Positions 17,223 through 27,053 of a stretch of DNA of 64,000 bases are shown piece after piece (the stretch's first letter is position 1; every line of letters starts with the position of its first letter). The DNA is from an uncultured Mycoplasmatota bacterium (lineage in GTDB: Bacteria > Bacillota_I > Bacilli_A > RF39 > UBA660). The stretch covers positions 12,317-76,316 of the forward strand of contig CAMKMS010000001.1 of the NCBI GenBank assembly GCA_946413985.1. Reading direction: 5' to 3'. Under the pieces are notes generated by a model. The model searched no databases. It was given only the letters and a program-made list of their open reading frames with translations, and was not told the origin of the DNA. Both the position numbers and the translations under genes were made by a program.

Positions 17223-17669
17223 CTAATTTATATTATTCTTTTTACAATAATTATTTAATATAATTACTTTTGCATGAGATATTTTTGAGATAATTTTTAT
17301 TAATTCATTTTTATTTATATTATTTTTATTATTATAATAATCAATATTTATATCATTGCTATTACAAACCTTATTATATTCATTATTATTAGCACCAATT
17401 ATTATTACGTCTGAATTCATTATTAATTGATTTAAATATATTCTTTTATTTTTTGAAATAATATAGTCATTATCTTTTATTCTGTTTATTAATTCTTTAT
17501 AAGTAATATTATCATATAAAAACAAATTATAATAATTATAATTTATACTATTTAAATAATATTTTTCACCAATATATAAAATATTTTCTTCTTCTTTTTC
17601 ATAGTATTTAAAAATTAAAATTGATATTATTGAAACAAAGAAAAAAATAACTAGAAGTTTTATTTTCAT
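17223..17669 (-). CDS. Membrane-anchored hypothetical protein
   Basis: 148 aa, with an N-terminal TM segment and an Asn/Ile-rich body. No family recognised. Confidence 0.45.
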   Translation of the reverse strand: MKIKLLVIFFFVSIISILIFKYYEKEEENILYIGEKYYLNSINYNYYNLFLYDNITYKELINRIKDNDYIISKNKRIYLNQLIMNSDVIIIGANNNEYNKVCNSNDINIDYYNNKNNINKNELIKIISKISHAKVIILNNYCKKNNIN

Positions 17670-17690
17670 AGATTTATCACCTATAAAATA

Positions 17691-18944
17691 TTACTCAGTT
17701 ATTTCTATTTTAGCACCAACATTTGTTAATTTTGTAACAAGATTACTATATCCTCTTTGAATATATTCTGAATTTTCTATTTCAGTTGTTCCTTCAGCTA
17801 TTAATCCTGCTATTAATAAAGATGCCCCTCCTCTTAAATCTGTTGCAATTACCTTTGCTCCAACTAATTTTCTAGGACCTTTTATTTCTAATTTATTTAA
17901 AGTTAATATATTTGTTTGAGCTCCCATTCTATTTAAATCATATGTATTCTTAAATCTATTCTCATATATTGTTTCCTCAATAATTGATTTACCATCTGCT
18001 TGTGTTAACAAAGTAGTAATTGGTTGCTGTAAATCTGTTGGGAATCCTGGAAAAACTAAAGTTTTTATATTAGTTGCTTTCAAATTTTCACATTTAGAAA
18101 TAGTCATAACATCCTCATCTATTTGATATTTAACGCCTATTTCATCTAATTTCATAAATAGAGCTTCATTATGTTCTTTAATTATTCCTTTAATTCTTAA
18201 ATCTTTACCAATTAAAGCTCCCATTATAACAAATGTACCTGTTTCTATTCTATCAGGAAATACTTCAACTATTCCATTTTTAGTTTCTTTTGTTCCAACT
18301 ATTTCTATTTTTTTAGTACCTGCTCCTCTAACTTCTATTCCCATATTTATTAAAAATGAAGCAACATTTACAATTTCTGGCTCAGTAGCTGCATTTTCAA
18401 TAATTGTAGTTCCATAAGCTCCAGTTGCAGCAAGCATAATATTAATTGTTGCTCCTACACTTGGAAAGTCAAAATATATTCTTTTTCCTACTAGTTTATT
18501 TGCTGTAATAATATATCTATTTTTTATAATTTCAACATGAGCGCCTAATTCTTCAAATCCTTTTATATGTATATCTATTGGTCTAGCTCCAATATTACAT
18601 CCTCCAGGAAATGACATTTCAACTCTACCGAATTTTGCAAGTAATGCACCCATAAAATAATATGATGCTCTCATTTGGACACTTAATTCTTCTGGAATAG
18701 GTTTGTTTTGTAAATTAGTATTGTCTATTATTAATGCATCATTTTTATGAGTAACTTTACAATCAAGTAAATTCATAATATCTATTAAATATTCAATGTC
18801 TCTTATTTCAGGAACATTAAAAATAGTACTTTTTTCTTTCGCCAAAATAGCAGCTGGTAACAAAGCAACCGCACTATTTTTAGCACCACTTATCTTTATT
18901 TCTCCAGATAGTTGATGTCCTCCCTCTATAGTTAATTTTGCCAT
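17691..18944 (-). CDS. murA: UDP-N-acetylglucosamine 1-carboxyvinyltransferase
   Basis: The active-site loop FPGGCNIGARPIDIH carries the catalytic Cys, and MurA similarity runs the full length. Confidence 0.93.
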   Translation of the reverse strand: MAKLTIEGGHQLSGEIKISGAKNSAVALLPAAILAKEKSTIFNVPEIRDIEYLIDIMNLLDCKVTHKNDALIIDNTNLQNKPIPEELSVQMRASYYFMGALLAKFGRVEMSFPGGCNIGARPIDIHIKGFEELGAHVEIIKNRYIITANKLVGKRIYFDFPSVGATINIMLAATGAYGTTIIENAATEPEIVNVASFLINMGIEVRGAGTKKIEIVGTKETKNGIVEVFPDRIETGTFVIMGALIGKDLRIKGIIKEHNEALFMKLDEIGVKYQIDEDVMTISKCENLKATNIKTLVFPGFPTDLQQPITTLLTQADGKSIIEETIYENRFKNTYDLNRMGAQTNILTLNKLEIKGPRKLVGAKVIATDLRGGASLLIAGLIAEGTTEIENSEYIQRGYSNLVTKLTNVGAKIEITE

Positions 18945-19023
18945 ACTTCACCTTAAAAGCCTTTCCTAACTATACTATACTATTAATATAAAGAATAATC
19001 AACTTAGTATACATTTTTTTACG

Positions 19024-19530
19024 TTAAAATATCTTACTAAATATTTCTTTTATTTTAGACTTATAATTAGTATCTTTATTTATGTTTTCATAGTCTAACA
19101 TACAAAGAGAAGGATATAAAATACAAAAATAATTACTACCTTTTGCTTCACCTATTTCTATAACTAATGATTCATACATTCCCTCATCATATACTTTATT
19201 CATAAATACTTTTTTTGGAAATTCATTAAGACCATAAGAAATATTGTATTTTTTATTATAATTATTTTTTTTAAACAATTTATCTATTTTATTATCTATA
19301 TTTTCTAAATTGGAATAAATATTATTCTTTGCTTCTTCAACACTACTATTATCTATAAATAATATTGGAGATAATTCATTAACTACTTTTTCTTTCATTA
19401 TTATATCTTTTTTTGAATCACTATTTGATATTACTCTAAATCTAATAGTATCTTCACTTGTATTATATTCATCTATACTAAGTATGTACATTACTAATAA
19501 AAATCCTACTAATATAATTATTTTTTTCAT
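19024..19530 (-). CDS. spoIIR: Stage II sporulation protein R
   Basis: Signal/anchor peptide plus the IRFRVISNSDSKKDIIMKEKV signature of SpoIIR. Confidence 0.8.
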   Translation of the reverse strand: MKKIIILVGFLLVMYILSIDEYNTSEDTIRFRVISNSDSKKDIIMKEKVVNELSPILFIDNSSVEEAKNNIYSNLENIDNKIDKLFKKNNYNKKYNISYGLNEFPKKVFMNKVYDEGMYESLVIEIGEAKGSNYFCILYPSLCMLDYENINKDTNYKSKIKEIFSKIF

Positions 19531-19576
19531 TCAAAAACCAACCTTTCAAACATATATTGGTTGGTTTTATTATTTT

Positions 19577-20317
19577 TTATTCATTTATTATAAAAACATA
19601 TCTATCTCTATTAGTATAATCTTTTTCTATTAATATTTTGGAATTTGGAAAATATTTCAAAGCAATTTCTTTTATTAAATCTGCTTGCCAATATCCAATT
19701 TCAAATGCAATGATAAACTTTTTATTCAAATGCAAATTTGCTTCTTCAATTATTCTTTTATAAAAATATAATCCATTATCATCGGCATATAGTGCTAAAT
19801 GAGGTTCATATTTTTTAACACTGTCCATAACTTCTTCATCTATAGATATATAAGGTGGATTGCTAATTATTACATCATATTTATCATTTATATTACTAAA
19901 TATATTACTTTTAATAAAATTAATATCAATATTATTATTAATAGCATTCTTATTTGCCATTAATAATGCTTTATCACTTATATCAACTCCAGTTATATTA
20001 GAATCAATATTTTTTTTAAGAGCTATTGCTATCGCACCTGATCCAGTTCCTATATCTAAAATATTAACATTATTATTAAATATCTTTTTGATATACTTAA
20101 TAGTTTTTTCTACTAATAATTCTGTTTCATATCTAGGTATTAAAACATCTTCATTTACATCTATTTTATATCCATAAAAATCAACATACCCAATCAAATA
20201 TTGGATTGGGTAGTTTTGTTTTAATTTTAAATAATCTTTTTCTATATTTTTACTTACTTTTAATAATTCATCAACTTCTCTTGATGAAAAACCTAATTTA
20301 ATTATTTTATCCTTCAT
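19577..20317 (-). CDS. prmC: Release-factor glutamine N5-methyltransferase
   Basis: SAM motif DIGTGSGAIA and the NPPY motif (ISNPPYI). It lies directly downstream of prfA. The start is ambiguous between 20317 and 20350. Confidence 0.88.
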   Translation of the reverse strand: MKDKIIKLGFSSREVDELLKVSKNIEKDYLKLKQNYPIQYLIGYVDFYGYKIDVNEDVLIPRYETELLVEKTIKYIKKIFNNNVNILDIGTGSGAIAIALKKNIDSNITGVDISDKALLMANKNAINNNIDINFIKSNIFSNINDKYDVIISNPPYISIDEEVMDSVKKYEPHLALYADDNGLYFYKRIIEEANLHLNKKFIIAFEIGYWQADLIKEIALKYFPNSKILIEKDYTNRDRYVFIINE

Positions 20318-21368
20318 GTTCAGCCAAACGAATTCTTTCATCTTCAGCAATTAATGCTTCAATTAATTCTTCAATATCGCCTTCCATAATTTTATCTAAA
20401 TGCATTACTGTATAATTAATTCTATGGTCAGTAAGTCTATTTTGAGGATAGTTATATGTTCTTATCTTTTCACTTCTATCTCCTGTTCCAATCTTACTTC
20501 TTCTTTCATTACCAATTTTTTCATCTTGTTCTCTTTGTTTTAAATCATAAAGTCTAGTTTTTAAAATTTGCATAGCTCTTTCTTTATTTTTTATTTGGCT
20601 TCTTTCTACTTGGCAATAAACAACTATTCCTGTTGGAATATGAGTAAGTCTAACAGCAGAATCTGTTGTATTAACACATTGTCCTCCAGCACCACTACTT
20701 CTAGTTATATCTACTCTAATATCACTATCTTTTATTTCGACATCCACTTCTTCAACTTCTGGCATAACAAGAACTGTTGCAGTTGAAGTATGTACTCTTC
20801 CACCTGATTCGGTTTCGGGAACTCTTTGTACTCTATGCGCTCCACTTTCATATTTTAATTTTGAATAAACTGCTTCTCCACTAAGCATAAATTCAATTTG
20901 AGCATATCCCCCACTTTCACCTTCTACTTCATGTGTTACTTCTAATTTCCATCCTTGATGTTCCGCATATTTAGTATACATTCTAAATAAATCTCCAGCA
21001 AAGATATTTCCTTCATCCCCACCGGCAGCACCACGAATTTCCATTATAACATTTTTTTCATCGTTTGGGTCTTTTGGTAAAAGCATTCTTTTTAATTTGT
21101 TTTCTAATTCTTCTTTTTCATTATGAAGATTTTCTAATTCTTCCTCTGCAAATTCTCTCATTTCAGGATCTTTCATCATCTCTTTTGCAGCTTCTATATC
21201 ATCTATAGTTGTATTGTATTTTTTATAAGTTTCAACTGTTTTCTCAATCGAATTCTTTTCTTTAGAAACCTCTTGCATTTTTTTATAATCATTATATATT
21301 TCGGGTTTTAATAATTCTTCACATAAATAATTATATCTTTCATTTATTATATCTAATCTTTCTTTCAT
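20307..21368 (-). CDS. prfA: Peptide chain release factor 1
   Basis: GGQ motif (SGAGGQCVN) and an RF1-type PxT tripeptide region (RVPETES). Confidence 0.95.
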   Translation of the reverse strand: MKERLDIINERYNYLCEELLKPEIYNDYKKMQEVSKEKNSIEKTVETYKKYNTTIDDIEAAKEMMKDPEMREFAEEELENLHNEKEELENKLKRMLLPKDPNDEKNVIMEIRGAAGGDEGNIFAGDLFRMYTKYAEHQGWKLEVTHEVEGESGGYAQIEFMLSGEAVYSKLKYESGAHRVQRVPETESGGRVHTSTATVLVMPEVEEVDVEIKDSDIRVDITRSSGAGGQCVNTTDSAVRLTHIPTGIVVYCQVERSQIKNKERAMQILKTRLYDLKQREQDEKIGNERRSKIGTGDRSEKIRTYNYPQNRLTDHRINYTVMHLDKIMEGDIEELIEALIAEDERIRLAEHEG

Positions 21369-21410
21369 AATATCTCCTTTTTATAATTTATAATATCAAA
21401 GAAAGTTTCG

Positions 21411-21860
21411 CTATAAATCTATTTCGTCTTCATACCCTTCATCAACAATTACTAGATCTTTTAAATCATCATCTTCTTCATCATCATCAACATCATCTAT
21501 ATTATCATAGTAATTATCTTCTTTTTCATCTTTATCATCTTCATTATCATCATCTTCAATTAATACTTCATCATCAAGTTCATCCTCTATTTCTTTTATA
21601 CTAATCTCAGCAGTATGATTTTCTCTTAAATCCCAATATCCTTTATCTAATTGGATAAATCTTTTTTCAGTTGATAACAATGAGAAAAAATCACCTATTT
21701 GTTCTTCAAATGCTGTTTCTCCAAGATTAAGTTTGTTACAAATGATTTTGAATATTTCATTTATTTTCATCTTTTTACCTTTTTCTTTTAATATCATATA
21801 AGCAATATCATCAAAAGGTAAAGTTTCTAGTTCTTTTAGTGTATAGTCCTTTAATTTCAT
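21411..21860 (-). CDS. rpoE: DNA-directed RNA polymerase subunit delta
   Basis: An N-terminal HARE-HTH-like domain followed by a long Asp/Glu-rich tail, which is the characteristic delta-subunit architecture. Confidence 0.8.
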   Translation of the reverse strand: MKLKDYTLKELETLPFDDIAYMILKEKGKKMKINEIFKIICNKLNLGETAFEEQIGDFFSLLSTEKRFIQLDKGYWDLRENHTAEISIKEIEDELDDEVLIEDDDNEDDKDEKEDNYYDNIDDVDDDEEDDDLKDLVIVDEGYEDEIDL

Positions 21861-21982
21861 TTTTTTATTATTTCCTCCCGCGACAATCTCTCGTCTTCTT
21901 ACATTAAAATTATACTTATTTTTTGTAATAAATCAAGTATTTTTTTTATATTTATTTCCATAATAAATATGAGGCATTATTT

Positions 21983-23935
21983 ATGAAAAAATGTTTATTA
22001 TTTTTAAGAATACTTATTGTTCTTTTTTTCACTATAATTATATTTATATTAAGCCTTTATGTGTATGCTTTTATCACACCTAAAGTAAATATAAATGAAA
22101 TAGATAAAATCGTGTTATTAGATAAAGATGGTAATGATATATTTAATAAAGATTATAATAATTATGTTAAACTGAATGATATAAATGATAATATTAAAAA
22201 TGCTATTATTTCAATTGAAGACAAGAATTTTTATTCTCACAAAGGTTTTGATATTTTAAGAATTATAAAAGCATTAATAATAAATATAAAAAGTAAAAAT
22301 ATTGAACAAGGTGCTTCAACTATTTCTCAACAATATGTTAAAAATCTATATCTTACTTTTGATAAGACATGGAAAAGAAAAATAGAAGAAGCTATTCTAA
22401 CAATAAGAATTGAAATGCATTATACTAAAGATGAAATATTAGAAGGATATTTAAATACAATTGATTTTGGTGCTGGAAATTATGGTATAAAGGAAGCAAG
22501 TAATTATTATTTTAATAAAGAACCAAATGAATTATCTCTTGAAGAAGCCACTATTATTGTAGGAATTCCTAAAAGTCCAACTTATTATAATCCTATTATT
22601 AATTATAATAATGCTAAAAAACGTCAATATGATGTATTAACAAGTATGTATAAAAATGGATATATTAGTAAAAAAGAAGTAGAAAAAATATATAATAAAC
22701 AATTAGTTTTTTATGGTAAACATAACAAAATACAATTATCAAGTGCTTATTATTATAAAGACGCAGTTTTAAATGAAATGTCAAATTTAAATCAAATACC
22801 AAACTCACTTTTAGATTTTGATGAAATAAAAATATATACAAATTTTGATTCTGATGTTCAAAGAATATTAGAAAATAATATTGATGAAGAAATGAAAGAT
22901 ACAAGTATGCAAGTTGCATCTATTGTAGTAGAACCTAAAACAGGTAAAATTGTTTCCCTAATTGGTGGTAAAGATTATTCGAAATCTGAATATAATAGAG
23001 CTGTTTATTCTAAAAGACAAGTTGGATCAACAATTAAACCATTTTTATATTATTCTGCACTAGAAAATGGTTTTACTCCATCATCTACTTTTTTAAGTGA
23101 AAGAACAACTTTTAATTTAGGTAATGAATTATATTCACCAAGTAATTTTGGAAATAGATATGCTAATACTAATATTACAATGCTTCTTGCACTTGCTTCT
23201 TCTGACAATATCTATGCTATGAAGACACATTTGTTTTTAGGAATGGATAAATTAAGTGAAATTATTTCTAAAGTTAAAATTAAAGAAAAAGTAAAAGAAA
23301 ATGCAAGTTCTGCTCTTGGCACAACAGAAATAAATATAATTGATTTTTCTAATGGGTATATTACTCTTGCAAATGAAGGAAAACACGAGACACCACATTT
23401 AATTGAGAAAATTACAGATAATAGTGGAAATATATTATATGAATATAAATATAAAAATGAATATATTTTGAATAAAAAATATGTATATATTTTAAATAAT
23501 TTATTAACCTCTACTTATGATTATGATTTACTAAAATACACATCTCCTACTTTAGTTAGTATTTCAAGTTTAATTGATGGAAAATATGCATTAAAAAGTG
23601 GTAGTACAGAAACAGATTTTTGGACTATTGGTTATAATAAAGACTATTTAGTAATGGTTTGGGCCGGAAATGATAATAATGATAAAGTAGATCAAAATGA
23701 AACAAGAATACCAAAGAAAATATGGGCCAAAACTATTAGTACAATTCCATCAAATAAAAAAACTTGGTATGAAATTCCAAGTGGTATAACAAGTGATCAA
23801 ATTGATCCTTTAAGTGGAAAATATAAAATAAATGGATATACTTGTTATTATGAAAAAGGAAGTGAACCAAGTTTTAATTATATAGAATATTATGACTTAT
23901 TATCAAATGCTTCAAAAAAAAATCCTAATAATTAG
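21983..23935 (+). CDS. Class A penicillin-binding protein (glycosyltransferase + transpeptidase)
   Basis: GT51 motifs EDKNFYSHKGFD and RKIEEA. Transpeptidase motifs STIKP (SxxK), SDN and KSGS. Confidence 0.88.
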   Translation: MKKCLLFLRILIVLFFTIIIFILSLYVYAFITPKVNINEIDKIVLLDKDGNDIFNKDYNNYVKLNDINDNIKNAIISIEDKNFYSHKGFDILRIIKALIINIKSKNIEQGASTISQQYVKNLYLTFDKTWKRKIEEAILTIRIEMHYTKDEILEGYLNTIDFGAGNYGIKEASNYYFNKEPNELSLEEATIIVGIPKSPTYYNPIINYNNAKKRQYDVLTSMYKNGYISKKEVEKIYNKQLVFYGKHNKIQLSSAYYYKDAVLNEMSNLNQIPNSLLDFDEIKIYTNFDSDVQRILENNIDEEMKDTSMQVASIVVEPKTGKIVSLIGGKDYSKSEYNRAVYSKRQVGSTIKPFLYYSALENGFTPSSTFLSERTTFNLGNELYSPSNFGNRYANTNITMLLALASSDNIYAMKTHLFLGMDKLSEIISKVKIKEKVKENASSALGTTEINIIDFSNGYITLANEGKHETPHLIEKITDNSGNILYEYKYKNEYILNKKYVYILNNLLTSTYDYDLLKYTSPTLVSISSLIDGKYALKSGSTETDFWTIGYNKDYLVMVWAGNDNNDKVDQNETRIPKKIWAKTISTIPSNKKTWYEIPSGITSDQIDPLSGKYKINGYTCYYEKGSEPSFNYIEYYDLLSNASKKNPNN

Positions 23936-23946
23936 GATTTTTATTT

Positions 23947-25146
23947 TTATTCTAATTGTGTCCCACAATTACTACAGAATTTTCCTTCTACCATAGTATG
24001 ACAATTTGGACATTCTCTTCCAGTTGCTGCTGGTGCTTCTTCTACAGGTGCAGCTGGTGCTTCAACTGGAGTAGCTGGTGCTGCTGGAGCAGCTCCAAAT
24101 AATGTTCCTGGTTCTGGTGTTTGATTTCCTGGATTATATCCTGCTGGTGCTCCTTGAGCATTTTGATTAGCAACTCCCATCATACTTCCTGCAGCTCCTG
24201 CAGCCATATTGAATCCCATAAATCCTGCCATTGCTCCATTAGGATTGCTTGATGCATTTCTAAGAGCATCTGCACTAGCTGAAGCCATAAGACCAGATTG
24301 TAATCCTTGATTTGAGAAGATAACTGCTTCATCAACTTTATTAACTTTAACCATTGATTCATCAGTTAAGTTTAAGTCTCCAATAGCAACATCTGTAATT
24401 TCTAAACCATAGTTTTGTCTCCATGATTCATCTAAACATCTATTCATTTCAGCAGAAATATCACTATTGTATAGTTGAATATCTCCAAAAGATACTTTAT
24501 TTTTTCTCATTACAACTGAAATTGCTTGAGTTAATTGCTCAACAAATTTTGCTTGTAATTGAGTTCCAATTATATCTTCATATGTTACAGTATCTGCTGG
24601 ATTTGCTCCAATAACACTGTTTACTAAAGTAATTGGATCAGTAACTTTAAATGCATATTCTCCAAAGAATGTAACTTCTAACATTCCATATTTTTCGTCA
24701 GTAATTTTCTTTGGTTGTGGTGAACCAAATTTGTTTCCAACTATGTTAAGTAAATTAACATAATAAACTCTTTGATCCCTTGCAGCTTGTCCACCATAAG
24801 TAAAACGTTTTCCAACAGTTTTAAATATATTGACAATGTTTTCACCTAAATTACCAGTAAAGATACTTGGTTCAGAACTTGAATCAAAAGTAAATGTTCC
24901 TGGTTCTGCAGTAAATTCTTTAATTTCTCCATTGTCAATAATCATCATAGCCATTCCTTGTGGTACTGCTATTCCACTACCATTAGAAATAACTCCTGGT
25001 GTTGGATTTGAATTTCCACTTCCGTGATTTACAACTCCTCTTTGAATTAAAACGTCTTTTTCAATTGTTGGGCAAGTAACAAATTCTTTAAATTGATCTC
25101 CTAGTGTACTTGAAGCAGCACTAGTTAATGCTTTAATTAATCCCAT
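23947..25146 (-). CDS. SPFH/band-7-like protein with Ala/Pro-rich linker and C-terminal zinc ribbon (YdjI-like)
   Basis: The N-terminus MGLIKALTSAASSTLGDQFKEF resembles the YdjI family as I recall it. The C-terminus has CPNCHT..FCSNCG. The gene is locally G/C-richer, which produces several shadow ORFs. Confidence 0.65.
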   Translation of the reverse strand: MGLIKALTSAASSTLGDQFKEFVTCPTIEKDVLIQRGVVNHGSGNSNPTPGVISNGSGIAVPQGMAMMIIDNGEIKEFTAEPGTFTFDSSSEPSIFTGNLGENIVNIFKTVGKRFTYGGQAARDQRVYYVNLLNIVGNKFGSPQPKKITDEKYGMLEVTFFGEYAFKVTDPITLVNSVIGANPADTVTYEDIIGTQLQAKFVEQLTQAISVVMRKNKVSFGDIQLYNSDISAEMNRCLDESWRQNYGLEITDVAIGDLNLTDESMVKVNKVDEAVIFSNQGLQSGLMASASADALRNASSNPNGAMAGFMGFNMAAGAAGSMMGVANQNAQGAPAGYNPGNQTPEPGTLFGAAPAAPATPVEAPAAPVEEAPAATGRECPNCHTMVEGKFCSNCGTQLE

Positions 25147-25222
25147 AATCTACCTCTTTTCTTTATAACAATAGTATAACATCTTTTTACAATTAAGTAA
25201 ATTTTTTTATTAAAAAAGACAT

Positions 25223-26284
25223 TTATTCAACGTCTTTTTCAATTTCAATTACAATTCTATATTTATCAGGATAATCTTCTTCTTTAGTTGTTATTTTTTT
25301 ATTATCAAAATCACTTACTAAATCTCTTACTTTATTTACTACATTTATTATACTTATTTTATTATTTTGTTTAACTTCTTTTTCTTTTATATTATTAGAA
25401 TTTATTTTATTTTCTTTTTTATCTTCATCAAATTCAATATGTCCTTTTTCATTATAATCATAATTATTATTTTTCATATCATTATTAATAATATTATCTA
25501 GATAACTTTCTTCTTGATTATTAATATTCTCTTCAATTTTTTTAATATTTTCTTGAAATTTTAATTGAAATGGAGTTATATCTTCTTCTATATTTACAAC
25601 ATCTGGAACATATTGAATAAATTTATTTTCTTTTTCTGGTTCAATAAATTTATTTATATTTTTTGGAATGTTATTATCATTTTTATTTAATAATATACTT
25701 ATTTCATCCTCTGTTTGTCTAACAGTTAATCTTTCATTAATAATTCTATCAAGTAAAACTAATTGCATATCAGTATCATTTAATGATAATAAACTCCTTG
25801 CATGTCTTTCTGATATTTTACTAAATAATAAAGCATCTTGAACTTTTTTAGGTAGATTTAATAATCTTAATTTATTTGCAATAGATGATTGACTTAAACC
25901 TAATTTATTTGCTAATTCTTCTTGAGTAAATCCTCTATCTAATAATTTTTTAAAAGATTGTGCTTCTTCTATTACAGTTAAATTCTTTCTTTGTAAATTT
26001 TCAAGTAATGCAATTTCTGCACTTGTATTATCATCAGTATTATTAATAATTGCAGGAATAGTTTTAAGACCAGCCATTACAGTAGCTTTATATCTTCTTT
26101 CTCCAGCTATTATTTCATATTTACTACCTATTTTTCTAAGAACAATAGGTTGTATAATACCATATTTCAAAATAGAATTAGAAAGATCTATTAATTCTTT
26201 TTCATCAAAAGCAAGCCTAGGTTGAAATCTATTTGGTAATATATCTTCAACTGGCACTTGTACTATTTTATCTTTTTCTTCCAT
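25223..26284 (-). CDS. noc: ParB-family protein with Noc-type DNA-recognition residues and a long Asn/Lys/Glu-rich C-terminal extension
   Basis: LPNRFQPR, GERRYKA (ParB box II) and the HTH region LGLSQSSIANKLRLLNLPKKVQDAL..ISERHARSL. From memory these match B. subtilis Noc better than Spo0J. It sits next to rsmG. A terminator hairpin follows the stop. Confidence 0.7.
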   Translation of the reverse strand: MEEKDKIVQVPVEDILPNRFQPRLAFDEKELIDLSNSILKYGIIQPIVLRKIGSKYEIIAGERRYKATVMAGLKTIPAIINNTDDNTSAEIALLENLQRKNLTVIEEAQSFKKLLDRGFTQEELANKLGLSQSSIANKLRLLNLPKKVQDALLFSKISERHARSLLSLNDTDMQLVLLDRIINERLTVRQTEDEISILLNKNDNNIPKNINKFIEPEKENKFIQYVPDVVNIEEDITPFQLKFQENIKKIEENINNQEESYLDNIINNDMKNNNYDYNEKGHIEFDEDKKENKINSNNIKEKEVKQNNKISIINVVNKVRDLVSDFDNKKITTKEEDYPDKYRIVIEIEKDVE

Positions 26285-26357
26285 AACTAATCCCTCTATT
26301 CCTATTCTAAATACATTTTAATTCATTTTAGTATTTTTATCAAGTTATTATTTACCA

Positions 26358-27053
26358 TTAATCTTTTTTTATTAAATTATAATTTCGAGGATATTTTAAA
26401 TCTGTCTTTATTATTTTTTTATAAATTAGTATTGTTCTTTTTGAATTTTCAATTGGTAAATAATACTCTTCTTTTTTTATTAATTCATAACCTAATTTTT
26501 TACTTTTTTTCATTGATGAATTTATTTCTTCATCAACATTTGATTTTAATGGTAAAAATAATCCACCTACTTTTAATAATGATACAGATAACTCTAATAT
26601 TATTTTTAAATCTGATACTGCTCTACATGTTATTATATCAAATAATTCCCTATTATCTTTTCCATATTCCTCTGTTCTTTTATTAATAATTGTTACATTT
26701 TTTAAATTTAATAATTTTTTTATATGTTCTAAAAAAGTTACTTTCTTACTATTTGATTCAATTAAAGTAATATTTGATTTATCAAATACTATAGCAATTA
26801 CCATTCCCGGAAATCCAGCGCCAGTTCCAAAGTCACAAATATTTTTATTATTTAGATTTGTTACCTTTACTAAACATAATGAATCATAAAAATGTTTTAA
26901 ATATACATCTTCTTCATTAATAATTGTTGTTAAATTAAATTTATTATTCCAACTAACTAATTCATGAAAATATAAATCTAATTTATTTAATATATTACTG
27001 CTTATATTTATACCTATTTTTTTGCATTCTAAAACAAATTCATTTTTATTCAT
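26358..27053 (-). CDS. rsmG: 16S rRNA (guanine527-N7)-methyltransferase
   Basis: SAM motif DFGTGAGFPG, and a conserved position downstream of mnmG. Confidence 0.9.
   Translation of the reverse strand: MNKNEFVLECKKIGINISSNILNKLDLYFHELVSWNNKFNLTTIINEEDVYLKHFYDSLCLVKVTNLNNKNICDFGTGAGFPGMVIAIVFDKSNITLIESNSKKVTFLEHIKKLLNLKNVTIINKRTEEYGKDNRELFDIITCRAVSDLKIILELSVSLLKVGGLFLPLKSNVDEEINSSMKKSKKLGYELIKKEEYYLPIENSKRTILIYKKIIKTDLKYPRNYNLIKKD

Noticed and set aside
24180-25027. ORFs 24180-24362 (-), 24423-24614 (+) and 24830-25027 (+) inside the SPFH gene
   Set aside because: They are alternative-frame and antisense artefacts of a locally G/C-richer, stop-poor gene. The 399-aa frame has the coherent SPFH plus zinc-ribbon architecture.
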